Below the pieces are notes generated by a model that was given only the letters and a program-made list of their open reading frames with translations, had not been told where the DNA came from and did not search any database. The position numbers and the translations under genes are program-made. This document shows positions 8,823-18,856 of a stretch of DNA of 46,177 nucleotides, piece by piece. Every line of letters starts with the position of its first letter. Position 1 is the first letter of the stretch. The stretch lies in IMG/VR virus record IMGVR_UViG_3300037419_000912, positions 1 through 46,177 of that record; one strand, 5' to 3'. The stretch is from a virus (lineage: Duplodnaviria > Caudoviricetes).

Positions 8823-9881
8823 TTACACGAGGTAGCCGGCTTGGCGCATGGCCTGTTCGGTCCATCCGCTGGCCTGCCACTGTTGGAGCGAGAACCCCGG
8901 CGCGGCGGCCTGGGCGGCGGGCGTGAGCTGCGGGCCGACGGGCGCGGCCGGGGGCTGCGGCATCCCCGGCATGGCGCCCGGCATCGCTGCGGGCATCCCC
9001 GGCATGGCGGCCGGGCCGGCGGCGAACGCGGGGTTCGGCTGCACGGGCAGCGGTTGCGGCATGGCACCCGGCGCCGGCATCCCCGGCATGGCGCCCGGCA
9101 TCGCGGCCGGCGCCTGGGGCTGCGGCATCGCGCCCGGCATGGGCAGGCCCGGCATTGCGGCTTGCGTGCCCGGCATCGTGGGCATGGCGCCCGGCTGGGC
9201 CATCGGCATGCCCGGCATGGCACCCGGCATCGCGGCGCCCGGTTGCGCGCCCGGCAGGGCCGTTGCACCTTGCGGCAGGGCGGCCACGGGGGCGCCGCCG
9301 AACACCGCGCCAGCGTCGGGGCCGCTGACAATCTCGACGCCCTGGGCCGACAGCTCGACCATGGACAGGTTCACGTACAGGCCGGGTTTCTGCGGGTTCG
9401 CGTTCCCTTCGATGGTCCCCGACACGCGGACGTAATACCCGCGCCGAATCACGTTCGGGTCTTGGATTTGCTCGTGCGGTTGGTAGCGGCCCGCGTAGAA
9501 GCACTTGGGCGGGAACGACGACGAGAACTTGACGACCCAATGGCCGGCGAACCCGTCTTTCGTGTTGTTCGGCTTGCCGTTGTCGTCCACGCCGTCACCG
9601 TCAACGAGCTTCCACGAGAACCGGGGATGCGTGCATTGCCCTTGGGCGTTGAACAACTGCGGGAACGACTGTTGCGCGACCTGCACGAGCAACGCGTAGA
9701 ACTGCGCGAACTCGGGGCATTGCGTCTTGGAAAACGCAACGGCGATGAAGTAGCGTTGCGTCGGCTGGCCCGACTGCGTCACCAGGGGTTGCCCCTGCAT
9801 GTTCTTGGTTTGCTTTTCGAACGGGTCGCCTTGCACGAGGCGACCGACGGGGGTAAGGAACTGCTGTTTCGGCGTGGACAT
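8823..9881 (-). CDS. Phage ssDNA-binding protein (gp2.5/DUF2815-like) with a long PGAM-rich tail
   Basis: TPVGRLVQG, KLVDGD, RGYYVRV, GLYVNLSMVEL; AGGAGG RBS; lies between the exonuclease and polymerase genes. Confidence 0.75.
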   Translation of the reverse strand: MSTPKQQFLTPVGRLVQGDPFEKQTKNMQGQPLVTQSGQPTQRYFIAVAFSKTQCPEFAQFYALLVQVAQQSFPQLFNAQGQCTHPRFSWKLVDGDGVDDNGKPNNTKDGFAGHWVVKFSSSFPPKCFYAGRYQPHEQIQDPNVIRRGYYVRVSGTIEGNANPQKPGLYVNLSMVELSAQGVEIVSGPDAGAVFGGAPVAALPQGATALPGAQPGAAMPGAMPGMPMAQPGAMPTMPGTQAAMPGLPMPGAMPQPQAPAAMPGAMPGMPAPGAMPQPLPVQPNPAFAAGPAAMPGMPAAMPGAMPGMPQPPAAPVGPQLTPAAQAAAPGFSLQQWQASGWTEQAMRQAGYLV

Positions 9882-9932
9882 TTGAGGCCCCTCCTAGGGC
9901 GTGGGTTGAAAGCGTATGACGTTATACGCGGG

Positions 9933-11114
9933 TTACGGACTCTTGGCAAACACTTTTCGCGCGTCGCTCCCGTCATCGACAGCCAGTTTCATGGCGCCGG
10001 GCGGGTTGAACGCGTAGACGCCCAGGAGGCCGGCAGGGAAACCGGCTTTCTTGGCTTGCGTGGGCGTAATGGGCTCGGGGTCTTTCGCGAGCTTGAGGCC
10101 AAGCATTTCGCCGACCTTGAGGACTTCGGCGTCGGGCTTGGCCCATTTCATGCGCGACCCGGCGGCTTCGAACTTCCAATGCGGGACGACCACGGCTTGC
10201 CGAATGTACGACTCGGCCTGCGCCTCAAGCCCTGTAATACGCGCCTCCATGAGCTTGGCCGCGTCCTTGAGGTAACGCAGTTCAAGCCCGAGCGCGGCCG
10301 GCGTGAGCGCGTCGGCCTGGGCCTGCCGCGCAATGTCCATGCCGCGATACGCCGCACGTTGCAGGGCTTCGCAGGCGTGGCGAGCGTTGCAGTTCTCGCA
10401 CGCGTCGGGCGACGGCTTGAGAACCGGCGTCGGGCTCATGGCCTCGTCGGCGGCCATCGACAGCCGGAACACGTAGGGCGCGAGGTCGGACGCGCGAATC
10501 CGCCATTCGCGGACGGGGCCGTCGCGATGGTAGGACCGGGGCTGCACGACACGCAGGACGACCGTAATACGGTCCTCGGGAACGTGGCGCATTTCGTCAA
10601 GGATGCCGGCGGCGTAGTCGATGAGCTGCCAGTTTTCGAACGCGTCTACGTGCTTATGCCCGTACTTGAAGTCCCACACGTATAACGTTGTCTCGCCTTG
10701 GAACACCTGACCTACGGTTGTCGCCCAGGCGCGCACGTCGGGCGTGCCCCAATTGGCGGCATGCACGCGGGGGATGGCTACGCGTTGCTCAATCGTCGGC
10801 GTGTGGCCGCCGATGGTCGCGCGCACGTCGTCAACGAGGATTTGCGCGGCCTCGACCATTTCGCGGGTAACGGGGTGCCCGGTTTCGGTCGTGCCGTCGG
10901 CCAAGAGCTGGTCGGGCGCCCATCCGTCGAACAGTTGTTGCATGACCCAATGCGCGGCCGTGCCCTCTGCGGCGGCGGCCTTGTCGCCCGCCTCGGGAAA
11001 CCGCGACTCCATGAGCGCGGACCCAGGGCAGACGACCCAGCGATGGGCCGCCGAGGGGGCGAGGAAAGCATGCGCGGCCGCCGCAACGGCCGTGAGCTGT
11101 TGCGGGGCTTGCAT
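9933..11114 (-). CDS. PD-(D/E)XK / Cas4-like exonuclease (DUF2800 type)
   Basis: HAFLAPSAAHRWVVCPGS, EGTAAH, GTPD, WDFKYG, NWQLIDYA, CENC...C. Confidence 0.85.
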   Translation of the reverse strand: MQAPQQLTAVAAAAHAFLAPSAAHRWVVCPGSALMESRFPEAGDKAAAAEGTAAHWVMQQLFDGWAPDQLLADGTTETGHPVTREMVEAAQILVDDVRATIGGHTPTIEQRVAIPRVHAANWGTPDVRAWATTVGQVFQGETTLYVWDFKYGHKHVDAFENWQLIDYAAGILDEMRHVPEDRITVVLRVVQPRSYHRDGPVREWRIRASDLAPYVFRLSMAADEAMSPTPVLKPSPDACENCNARHACEALQRAAYRGMDIARQAQADALTPAALGLELRYLKDAAKLMEARITGLEAQAESYIRQAVVVPHWKFEAAGSRMKWAKPDAEVLKVGEMLGLKLAKDPEPITPTQAKKAGFPAGLLGVYAFNPPGAMKLAVDDGSDARKVFAKSP

Positions 11115-12148
11115 CAGACGAGCGCCGGGTACATCGACCGCAGGTAGGCCCAAACCGTCGGGACGAGGTCGGACCGCGTGGCGAGCGCGGGAATGTTCGG
11201 CAGTTGGTACGCCGTCACCGCTTGCAGGAGCGCGGTTTGCGGCAGCGTGCCGGCCATGACCGCCGACGTAATACGCGGCATGAGCTGTTCGAACGTGACC
11301 GGGTCGCCCTGCGGTTGCGCGGGCGGGGTCGGGGTGGCCTGGGGCTGCACGACCGGCGGTTGCGGAACAGCGGCGACCGGGGGCGTCGGCACCTGGGCTT
11401 GCGGCTGCACGACGGGCGTTGCGGCAGGCGTGCCGGCGGCGAGCGTCGCGCGCAACTCGGCCTCGACCTGGGACACGAGCAACGGTTGCACGCCGCGCTT
11501 TTTGCGCCACACGCCCTTATCCGTCTTGGGATGGCCGCCGCCCTCGGCAAGCGAATGGATGCGCGCGTCCCACGGCAGGCCCTGGGCGTCGAGTTCAACG
11601 CCAGCCGGCCCAGCCTGCGGGGCAGAGGCACCGGGCGCGGGCAGTTGGGGCGACGTACCAACCGGAGCCGCCACAGTGCCCGCAGCGTTTCCCGCGTCAC
11701 CTTGCGGCGGGACAGTGGCGGGAACGACTGCCGGCGCCGCCGCAGCGGTTGCAGACGGTGCCGCCCCAGGTGTACCGAGCGGACCAACCGGAGCCGTCGC
11801 ACCGTTTCCCGCGAACACGGCGGCGGGGTCGGCGGTCATGGGGGCTTCGCCGGCACCGGGCGGCAGCGCGGCGGGCTGCGAGAACACGGCGGCGGGGTTC
11901 TCCTGCGGCGCGGTCGGGGTCGCCACGACGGCGGGCAGTTGCGCGACAGCGGCAGCGATGGGCGACGGGGCGATGGGGGGCAGGGCGACGGGGCCGGGCG
12001 TTCCGCTGACGGTCACGTCCTGGCCGGGCACCGTGACGCGCACGTCGCCGACGGTGGCTTGCGTCAGGCCGAAATACGCGCCAATCAGAAAGATGGCGTG
12101 TTCCGCGTCCTTGAGACTCGCGGTTGCGAGATTGATTTTCAGTTCCAT
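11114..12148 (-). CDS. Pro/Ala-rich hypothetical replication-module protein
   Basis: AAAGGA RBS; disordered linkers around small domains (ELDAQGLPWDARIHS...WRKKRGV and a C-terminal helical segment). Confidence 0.7.
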   Translation of the reverse strand: MELKINLATASLKDAEHAIFLIGAYFGLTQATVGDVRVTVPGQDVTVSGTPGPVALPPIAPSPIAAAVAQLPAVVATPTAPQENPAAVFSQPAALPPGAGEAPMTADPAAVFAGNGATAPVGPLGTPGAAPSATAAAAPAVVPATVPPQGDAGNAAGTVAAPVGTSPQLPAPGASAPQAGPAGVELDAQGLPWDARIHSLAEGGGHPKTDKGVWRKKRGVQPLLVSQVEAELRATLAAGTPAATPVVQPQAQVPTPPVAAVPQPPVVQPQATPTPPAQPQGDPVTFEQLMPRITSAVMAGTLPQTALLQAVTAYQLPNIPALATRSDLVPTVWAYLRSMYPALV

Positions 12149-12187
12149 GAGTGCCGTTCCTTTCGGGGTTGGTGAGTAGGCGAGCGC

Positions 12188-12217
12188 ATGATACAGTCGA
12201 GTTAACGAGTTCGTCAA
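12188..12217 (-). promoter_or_regulatory. Sigma70-like promoter of the leftward replication operon, overlapped by a palindrome
   Basis: Minus strand TTGACG-18bp-TATCAT; TTAACG-AGTT-CGTCAA at 12202-12217. Confidence 0.6.
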
Positions 12218-12228
12218 CTGGCAACATT

Positions 12229-13968
12229 ATGAGTCGTTTACGGCCCTTTCAAGCCCGAGTAAAACAGGGCGTTTACGGTCACTGGCAGGCGGGGCGCAAA
12301 TGCGTTCTAGGGGTTATCCCGACGGGCGGCGGAAAGTCCGTCGTAAACGGGTCGGTCATCAGCGAATACCAAGGGGCGAGCGCATCAATCGCGCACCGTA
12401 GCGAGCTGGTTAGCCAACTGGCCCTTGCCCTGGCGCGCGAGAACGTCAGGCATCGCATTATCGGTCCTACGTCGCTCGTCAAGACCTGCACGGCCGTTCA
12501 AATGGCAGAGCTGGGCCGCAGTATGACGGACCCCGGCGCACGCGTTGCCGTGGCCGGCGTTGATACCCTCGTCAAGCGCGACACGTCGCACGACAGTTGG
12601 TATCGCGCGGTCGGCCTGTGGTCGATTGACGAGGCGCACCACGTACAGCACGCCAACAAGTGGGGCACGGCCGTTGAAATGTTCCCTAGCGCGTTCGGCC
12701 TGGGCTGGTCGGCCACGCCTGGGCGCGCGGACGGCGGGGGCCTCGGGTCCAAGGAACAGGGCGGGTCCGGCGTGTTTGACGCCATGGTCGTGGGGCCGAC
12801 GCCGCGCGAGCTGATTAACGCCGGCTACCTCACCGACTATCGGATTTTCGCGCCGCCCTCGGACGTTGTTTACGACGACGTACCCGTCACGGCGAGCGGC
12901 GACTATAGCCCCGCCAAGCTGCGCGCGGCCGTGCATGCGTCGGACCGCATCGTCGGCGACGTGGTCAAACACTACCTACGCATCGCACCCGGCAAGCGCG
13001 GTATTACGTTTGCCGTTGACGTTGAGGCCGCCCAGGAGATAGCGCGAGCGTTCCGCGCGGCCGGCGTGCCCGCCGAGGTCGTGTCGGCCAAGACGGATGA
13101 CATAAGCCGCGCTCGCATCCTGCGCGAGTTCAAGGCCGGCAAGGTGTTGCAGCTCGTGAACGTTGACCTCTTCGGCGAGGGGTTCGACGTGCCGGCGTGC
13201 GAGGTCGTGTCGATGGTCCGCAAGACCGAGTCGTTTTCGCTGTACTGCCAGCAATTCGGCCGCGCGCTGCGGGTCATGGTGGCGCCCGAACTGGCGGCCG
13301 TGTGGGGCGACTTTACGGACGAACAGCGCCGCGCGCATATCGCCGCCTCGACCAAGTCCAAGGCCCTGATTATCGACCACGTCGGCAACGTCATACGACA
13401 CGGCCTGCCCGACGCGCCGCGCGAATGGTCACTAGCCGACCGCGAGCGCCGCAGCAAGGGCGCGAATGATGCAATCCCCCTGCGGACGTGCCTCAACCCG
13501 AACGCCAACGGCATGGGCGAGGGCTGTTACTCGGCGTACCCGCGCTACCTCAAGACGTGCCCGTATTGCGGGTTCTATCCCGAGCCGCCGGAACGCACGA
13601 GCCCGCAGGCCGTAGACGGCGACCTGTTCGAACTCGACGCCGCGACCCTGGCCGCGCTGCGTGGCGAGGTAGACCGCATCATGGGCGCCCCCATCGTGCC
13701 GTCGCACTTGCCGCCCCTGGCGGTCGCCGGCCTGCAAAAGCAATGGGCGCACCGGCAAGCGGCCATCGGGCACCTACGCAACGCCCTGGCCCTGTGGTCC
13801 GGCTGGAAGAGGCACCAGGGCCACAGCGACAGCGAGGCGTACCGGATTTTTTACCATACGTATGGCGTCGATGTTCTTTCGGCACAGTCGTATAACGCCA
13901 AGGACGCGGAGGCGTTGCACGCCCGCATAAACGCCGAGCTACAGAAACACGGAGTCATTGCCGCATGA
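12229..13968 (+). CDS. Superfamily 2 DEAH helicase with C-terminal Zn finger
   Basis: LRPFQ, PTGGGKS, IDEAHH, SATPGR, GEGFDVP, QQFGRALR, CPYC. Confidence 0.92.
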   Translation: MSRLRPFQARVKQGVYGHWQAGRKCVLGVIPTGGGKSVVNGSVISEYQGASASIAHRSELVSQLALALARENVRHRIIGPTSLVKTCTAVQMAELGRSMTDPGARVAVAGVDTLVKRDTSHDSWYRAVGLWSIDEAHHVQHANKWGTAVEMFPSAFGLGWSATPGRADGGGLGSKEQGGSGVFDAMVVGPTPRELINAGYLTDYRIFAPPSDVVYDDVPVTASGDYSPAKLRAAVHASDRIVGDVVKHYLRIAPGKRGITFAVDVEAAQEIARAFRAAGVPAEVVSAKTDDISRARILREFKAGKVLQLVNVDLFGEGFDVPACEVVSMVRKTESFSLYCQQFGRALRVMVAPELAAVWGDFTDEQRRAHIAASTKSKALIIDHVGNVIRHGLPDAPREWSLADRERRSKGANDAIPLRTCLNPNANGMGEGCYSAYPRYLKTCPYCGFYPEPPERTSPQAVDGDLFELDAATLAALRGEVDRIMGAPIVPSHLPPLAVAGLQKQWAHRQAAIGHLRNALALWSGWKRHQGHSDSEAYRIFYHTYGVDVLSAQSYNAKDAEALHARINAELQKHGVIAA

Positions 13969-14450
13969 GCGTATTACACCAATGGGCCATCAAATGGGGC
14001 GTTCGCATCGACGCCCTACAGGACTTGCAAGTCATGCTCGGGACGCTCACGCTCCCTGAGTCCGCCGAGGCGTCAGGTCCGGCCAAGTCGGAGGCGTGGG
14101 CGCAATCGGCCGTGCGGCTGGAGGCGGGCCAAAAGGGCGTCAAACTGTGGCGCAACAACGTTGGCGCGCTCAAGGACCGGAACGGCCGCCTCGTGCGGTA
14201 CGGACTCGCGAACGACTCGGCCGAAATGAACGACGCGATTAAGTCCGGCGACCTCATCGGCTGGCGACCCGTCCTCATTACCCCGGCGCACGTCGGCCAC
14301 ACGCTGGGCCAGTTCGTCAGCCGCGAGATAAAGGAACCGGGTTGGCAGTACAGCGGCAGCGCCCATGAGGTCGCGCAACTCGCCTGGGCGAACGCCGTAA
14401 ACGCCGCCGGGGGCGATGCCCGGTTTGCAACTGGACCGGGGACACTATGA
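13965..14450 (+). CDS. VRR-NUC family nuclease
   Basis: SEAWAQ, LWRNNVG, SGDLIG, FVSREIK, Q..W...V...GG.A. Confidence 0.8.
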   Translation: MSVLHQWAIKWGVRIDALQDLQVMLGTLTLPESAEASGPAKSEAWAQSAVRLEAGQKGVKLWRNNVGALKDRNGRLVRYGLANDSAEMNDAIKSGDLIGWRPVLITPAHVGHTLGQFVSREIKEPGWQYSGSAHEVAQLAWANAVNAAGGDARFATGPGTL

Positions 14451-14797
14451 ACGCCGCAGGAATGCGCCAACGCCGCGAGGGCATGAAGTCACACGAGTTC
14501 GCCGCGTGGCTGGTCGAACACTACGGCGCGACCATCAAACAACACCTACAGGGCCGCGCGAACCTGTCGCGCGAGGACTTGGAGTACACCGTAGAAAAGG
14601 CCGCGCAGCTCAAGGACGAGCGGCTGTCGGGGTGTATCGCAACCCTCATCGGCTGGGGCGACGACGAGCGCGCCGAGGTCGAGACATTCTGCGCCATCGC
14701 GTTGGAGGTCATGCGTCATACGCCGCCGTCGCGCCTGCGCGAGTGCGCGCGGTTGGTCGAGCTGCGGTCGCTCATGCAAGACGGCGGCGGGCAATGA
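14447..14797 (+). CDS. Hypothetical protein
   Basis: ATGA-coupled ORF within the operon. Confidence 0.7.
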   Translation: MNAAGMRQRREGMKSHEFAAWLVEHYGATIKQHLQGRANLSREDLEYTVEKAAQLKDERLSGCIATLIGWGDDERAEVETFCAIALEVMRHTPPSRLRECARLVELRSLMQDGGGQ

Positions 14798-15279
14798 GGG
14801 CCGTTTTCAGCCCCTGCGGACAGTACCGGCACCTACTGAGCCATCCCGGCGAGCATCAATGCGGCTGGGTCATGGCGAACCCCAGCGTCGCCGGCAGCGT
14901 GGACGGCACGACGGGCGAGGTCCGCACGGACCCCACGGCCAACAAGGTGGCGACGTTCTCGCGGCAGTTCGGGTACTCGGGGTACATCATCGCCAACGCA
15001 TACGACAAGGTTTCCACGGACCCGGCGGGTTTGTGGGTCGGTTCGCCGCCGTGCAGCCCTGGCGCGGATGCCTACTTGCAGGCAGTCGCGACGCTGCCCC
15101 TCGTCATCGTGGCGTGTGGCCGCATCGTCAAGCGCGACCGGCTGGCGCACGTTGAACGCGTATTACGTGCGGCCGGCGCCGACCTGTTTTGCCTGGGCAT
15201 GAACGACGACGGGAGCCCTAAGCATCCGTTGTACCTGCCGTACACCACGAAATTACAGCGGTGGCCGGGTGTAGGATAG
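14794..15279 (+). CDS. DUF1643 family protein
   Basis: AVFSPCGQYR, MANPS, DPT, STDP, GSPKHPLY. Confidence 0.85.
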   Translation: MRAVFSPCGQYRHLLSHPGEHQCGWVMANPSVAGSVDGTTGEVRTDPTANKVATFSRQFGYSGYIIANAYDKVSTDPAGLWVGSPPCSPGADAYLQAVATLPLVIVACGRIVKRDRLAHVERVLRAAGADLFCLGMNDDGSPKHPLYLPYTTKLQRWPGVG

Positions 15280-15302
15280 CTCCTACGCTCCGTCATCCCG
15301 TA

Positions 15303-15332
15303 TTGACGAGCCCGTCAGTTAGCTCCTACACT
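15303..15332 (+). promoter_or_regulatory. Promoter of the TetR/primase operon with a palindrome over the -35
   Basis: TTGACG-18bp-TACACT, 8 nt before the ATG (near-leaderless); TGACG-AGCC-CGTCA inverted repeat. Confidence 0.6.
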
Positions 15333-15340
15333 GTCACCCC

Positions 15341-15652
15341 ATGAAACAAGCAAAATTAGAGGCACGCGAGCGGACGGCGCAAATCCTGGCCGCCGCCCTG
15401 AAACTGGCAGCGCGCGAGGGTTACGCCCGTATTACGCGTGAGGCCATCGCGGGCGCGGCCGGCGTGTCGCCTGGGCTTGTTACTCACCACATGGGCACCA
15501 TGGAGCAATTGCGCCGCGACCTCATGCGCGAGGCGTTGCGCTCGGAATGCCTGCCCGTCATCGCGCAAGGATTGGTCGCCCGCGACCGTCACGCCCTCAA
15601 GGCCCCGCGCGAGCTGCAACAAAAGGCCCTTGCCGCCCTGACTGCCGCATAA
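15341..15652 (+). CDS. Short TetR-family HTH regulator
   Basis: ILAAALKLAAREGYARITREAIAGAAGVSPGLVTHH. Confidence 0.85.
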   Translation: MKQAKLEARERTAQILAAALKLAAREGYARITREAIAGAAGVSPGLVTHHMGTMEQLRRDLMREALRSECLPVIAQGLVARDRHALKAPRELQQKALAALTAA

Positions 15653-15661
15653 GGGGGCCTC

Positions 15662-18034
15662 GTGCAGCAACTGCCCCCCGCGCTGGCGTTCCTCGCGCAT
15701 TACCGCCAGTTTCTTTGCTACGTCCTCGTCCCGAGCCAAACCAAGGCCGGGAAAATGGACAAGCTACCCGTATCACCCGTGACGGGTCAGGTCGTCAGCG
15801 CCCACGACCCGGCGCACTGGACCGACGCGCAAACGGCCTGCACCGTGGCGACGATGTACGGCCCGTCATACGGCGTCGCGTTCTCGCTGCAAAAGGGCAA
15901 CGGCCTGTTTTTCGTTGACCTCGACTCGCACTTGGGGCCGGCGGGCTGGTCGCCCCTGGCGCAGCAAATTTGCGGCCTGTTCCCTGGCGCCGCCATGGAG
16001 CTGTCGCAGTCGCGCAAGGGCCTGCATATCATCGGGCGAGGCAATGCCCCCGAGCATGGCTGCAAGCGTGACGACCTGGGGCTAGAGTTCTACACGGAGG
16101 GCCGCTTTATCGCCCTCACGGGGCTTGAGGCGGTCGGCGATGCCGGCACCGACCACACGGCCGCGCTCGCGACCATTACGCAACACCTGTTCCCGCCGGG
16201 CGCGGGCAAGCACGAGGGCGCGTTTCTCCTGACGACGGCACCCGTCCCCGAGTGGCGCGGCCCCGTGGACGATGACGAGCTAATCCGTCGCGCCCTCAAC
16301 TCACGCTCGGCCGCCTCGGCGTTCGGTGCGCGGGCCAGCTTCGCGGACCTGTGGACGGCAAACGTTGACGTATTACGCGTCGCGTACCCCTCGGCCGACA
16401 AGCTGTACGGGGCCAGCGAAGCCGACGCCGCGTTGGCCGCTCACCTTGCTTTCTGGACCGGCAAGCATGGCGAGCGAATCGAACGCCTCATGCGACAGTC
16501 GGCCCTCAAGCGGGACAAGTGGGACCGCTCGGGCGACGACTACCTAGCGCGCACCATTTGCGAGGTCATCGCGCGCGGCGGCGACGTGTTGCAGGACAAG
16601 CCGCCCGAGCCCCCGTCGCTGCCCGTGCCGGCGGCCGAGGCGCCCACGCAACGCGCCGTCGAGGGGCAGACGTTCCTAGGCGCCGACGCGCAACGCGACT
16701 TGTTCAAGGGCTGCGTTTACGTGCAGGACCGGCACCGCGTCTTGGTGCCTGGGGGCGCGTTGCTTAAGCCCGAACAGTTCCGCGTCGCGTTCGGCGGCTA
16801 CGTGTTCGCCATGGACGACATAAACCAACGCACGAGCCGCAATGCGTGGGAGGCGTTTACGGAGTCTCAGATTCTGCGCGCCCCCATGGCCGATACGATT
16901 TGCTTTCGACCGCAAGACCCGCCGGGCTCCATTCACATGGACGCCGGCCGCGCTCGCGCAAATACATGGTGGCCCGCCAACGTGCGGCGCGTCGTGGGCG
17001 ACTTGACGCCGTTTACGACGCACCTTGCCAAGCTCCTGCCCAACGAACAGGACCGCGCCATCCTCCTGGCGTACATGGCCGCATGCGTGCAGCATAAGGG
17101 CGTAAAGTTCAATTGGTGGCCCGTAATACAGGGCGTCGAGGGCAACGGCAAAACGCTGTTGTCGCTGTGCGTGGCTATGTCGGTCGGCCAGCATTACACG
17201 CACTGGCCCAAGGCGAACGACCTACTCAGCCCGTTTAACGCGTGGCTCGCGAACAAGGTTTTCATTGGCCTTGAGGAATTGCAGTCGGCCGACACGCACC
17301 AACAACAGGACGTTATCGAAGCCCTCAAGACCATTGTTACGGGCGCGATGGGCATTCAGATTCAAGCCAAGGGCGTTGACCAAATCTCGACCGAGATTGT
17401 CGCCAACGGCATGGCGAACACGAACTACAAAACGTCGGTTCGTAAGACGCCCGACAACGCGCGCCGGTTCGCGATGTTCTTTACCGCGCAACAGACCTAC
17501 GCCGACCTTGAGCGCGACGGTATGACGGGCGATTACTTCCCGCGCCTGTATGACTGGCTCAAACATCGGGACGGCTTCGCGATGGTCGCGGAGCTGTTGC
17601 ATACGTACCCCATCCCCGACGACCTCAACCCCGCCATTGCGCTGCATCGCGCGCCGCGCACGTCCACGACTGACGAGGCCGTAACCGAGTCGCGGGGCAA
17701 TATCGAACAGTCGATTATGGAAGCCGTCGCCCAGGGCACGCCGGGCTTTATGGGCGGCTGGGTTTCGTCCCTGGCCCTTGAGCGGTTGCTAGAGTCGTTG
17801 AACGCCGCGCAGCGCATCCCGCACAGCAAGCGGCGCCAGATCATGCACGACCTGGGGTACGTCCTGCATCCGGGGCTCACCGACGGCCGCGTAAACAACC
17901 CGGTCCAACCGGACGGGCGTAAGGTGCAACTGTACGTCGTGCGGCAATCGCCCATCGCCAGCATGACCGGCGCGGCCGAGATTGCGAAAGCGTACACGGC
18001 GGCCCAGGTGGCACCCGTGGGCGTCAAGGCGTGA
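15662..18034 (+). CDS. Primase-polymerase / helicase fusion (NrS-1-like N-terminus, NTPase C-terminus)
   Basis: FVDLD, ELSQSRKGLHII, EFYTEGRFIALTG, SEADAALAAHLAFWTG; Walker A GVEGNGKT. Confidence 0.88.
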   Translation: MQQLPPALAFLAHYRQFLCYVLVPSQTKAGKMDKLPVSPVTGQVVSAHDPAHWTDAQTACTVATMYGPSYGVAFSLQKGNGLFFVDLDSHLGPAGWSPLAQQICGLFPGAAMELSQSRKGLHIIGRGNAPEHGCKRDDLGLEFYTEGRFIALTGLEAVGDAGTDHTAALATITQHLFPPGAGKHEGAFLLTTAPVPEWRGPVDDDELIRRALNSRSAASAFGARASFADLWTANVDVLRVAYPSADKLYGASEADAALAAHLAFWTGKHGERIERLMRQSALKRDKWDRSGDDYLARTICEVIARGGDVLQDKPPEPPSLPVPAAEAPTQRAVEGQTFLGADAQRDLFKGCVYVQDRHRVLVPGGALLKPEQFRVAFGGYVFAMDDINQRTSRNAWEAFTESQILRAPMADTICFRPQDPPGSIHMDAGRARANTWWPANVRRVVGDLTPFTTHLAKLLPNEQDRAILLAYMAACVQHKGVKFNWWPVIQGVEGNGKTLLSLCVAMSVGQHYTHWPKANDLLSPFNAWLANKVFIGLEELQSADTHQQQDVIEALKTIVTGAMGIQIQAKGVDQISTEIVANGMANTNYKTSVRKTPDNARRFAMFFTAQQTYADLERDGMTGDYFPRLYDWLKHRDGFAMVAELLHTYPIPDDLNPAIALHRAPRTSTTDEAVTESRGNIEQSIMEAVAQGTPGFMGGWVSSLALERLLESLNAAQRIPHSKRRQIMHDLGYVLHPGLTDGRVNNPVQPDGRKVQLYVVRQSPIASMTGAAEIAKAYTAAQVAPVGVKA

Positions 18035-18037
18035 GCG

Positions 18038-18238
18038 ATGGCCCGCCGTGTCCCCCGGTTGAGTGAGTATTACGAATTGTCCGCGTTATACTTTTTCAAC
18101 CTGGGCCACGACGCGCAATGTTGGTTCCAACTGTTCGCCGCGTGGTTCTATGAGGACGAGGATGAGCGCGAATGGAACGGGGGCCGCTTTGGGCCGCCGT
18201 CCGCGCAAATGGAATTGACCCTAGACCCCTGGGAATAG
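18038..18238 (+). CDS. Small hypothetical protein
   Basis: ORF directly after the primase; acidic and aromatic. Confidence 0.4.
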   Translation: MARRVPRLSEYYELSALYFFNLGHDAQCWFQLFAAWFYEDEDEREWNGGRFGPPSAQMELTLDPWE

Positions 18239-18243
18239 CTGTG

Positions 18244-18537
18244 CTACTCTGTGGGCTCTTGTTCTGCAAACAACCCCGTTTGTTGGTAGCCGTCGGAGGT
18301 CGTATGTAAGTCGCTCGTTTCGGAATCATGGGAAGTGGGAAGCCCTAGCGGCCCCGTAGGCAACTGCGGGGCCGCTTTGCTTTCACGAGCCGCCGCCCGG
18401 CTTTCCCTGTCGTACCGTTCCGCGCGCCGCTCGACGTAGTCGGCCGACGCGAAGTAGCCGAAATTCCGAAAGACGCGCGCTTTCTCGCGGTCTACCTGGG
18501 CGAGATAGGCGTAATACGCCGCGACGGCGTTACTCAT
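18244..18537 (-). CDS. Hypothetical protein
   Basis: GGAGG RBS before ATG 18537. Confidence 0.6.
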   Translation of the reverse strand: MSNAVAAYYAYLAQVDREKARVFRNFGYFASADYVERRAERYDRESRAAARESKAAPQLPTGPLGLPTSHDSETSDLHTTSDGYQQTGLFAEQEPTE

Positions 18538-18856
18538 GGGGACACGCCTCCGACTGCCGGCGGAACACGTCAGCCCCGCAGGCGATGCACTGGCGAACGT
18601 TCCATTCGGGGACGGGCTCTGTCCACACGACATAGCCCGCCATGGCCTCGTTTGCGACGGCGACCTGTTCCCACTGTTCGGGCGTCAGGTTGAGGCGCAG
18701 GACGCGCGACAACCCGCACCGCTGTTGCGAGCCGGGAAACACCTGCCCAGGCCCTGGCGTGCCCGGCGGCGGCGTCCATACCGGATGATCGGGCGGGAAC
18801 GGTGCCGGCTCGCGCCCCGCCACGACGTACCGGGCGAACTTGCGATGCGTGGTCAT
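18530..18856 (-). CDS. Hypothetical protein with C-terminal CxxC
   Basis: ATGA-coupled start; QCIACG. Confidence 0.55.
   Translation of the reverse strand: MTTHRKFARYVVAGREPAPFPPDHPVWTPPPGTPGPGQVFPGSQQRCGLSRVLRLNLTPEQWEQVAVANEAMAGYVVWTEPVPEWNVRQCIACGADVFRRQSEACPHE

Noticed and set aside
8778-10685. Long antisense ORFs (this one, 11178-12179, 31792-34008, 35816-37963 and others)
   Set aside because: Shadow frames of real GC-rich genes, with no motifs or RBS
9933-11114. Cas4 as part of a CRISPR system
   Set aside because: It is a standalone DUF2800-type exonuclease in the usual exonuclease-SSB-PolA replication module
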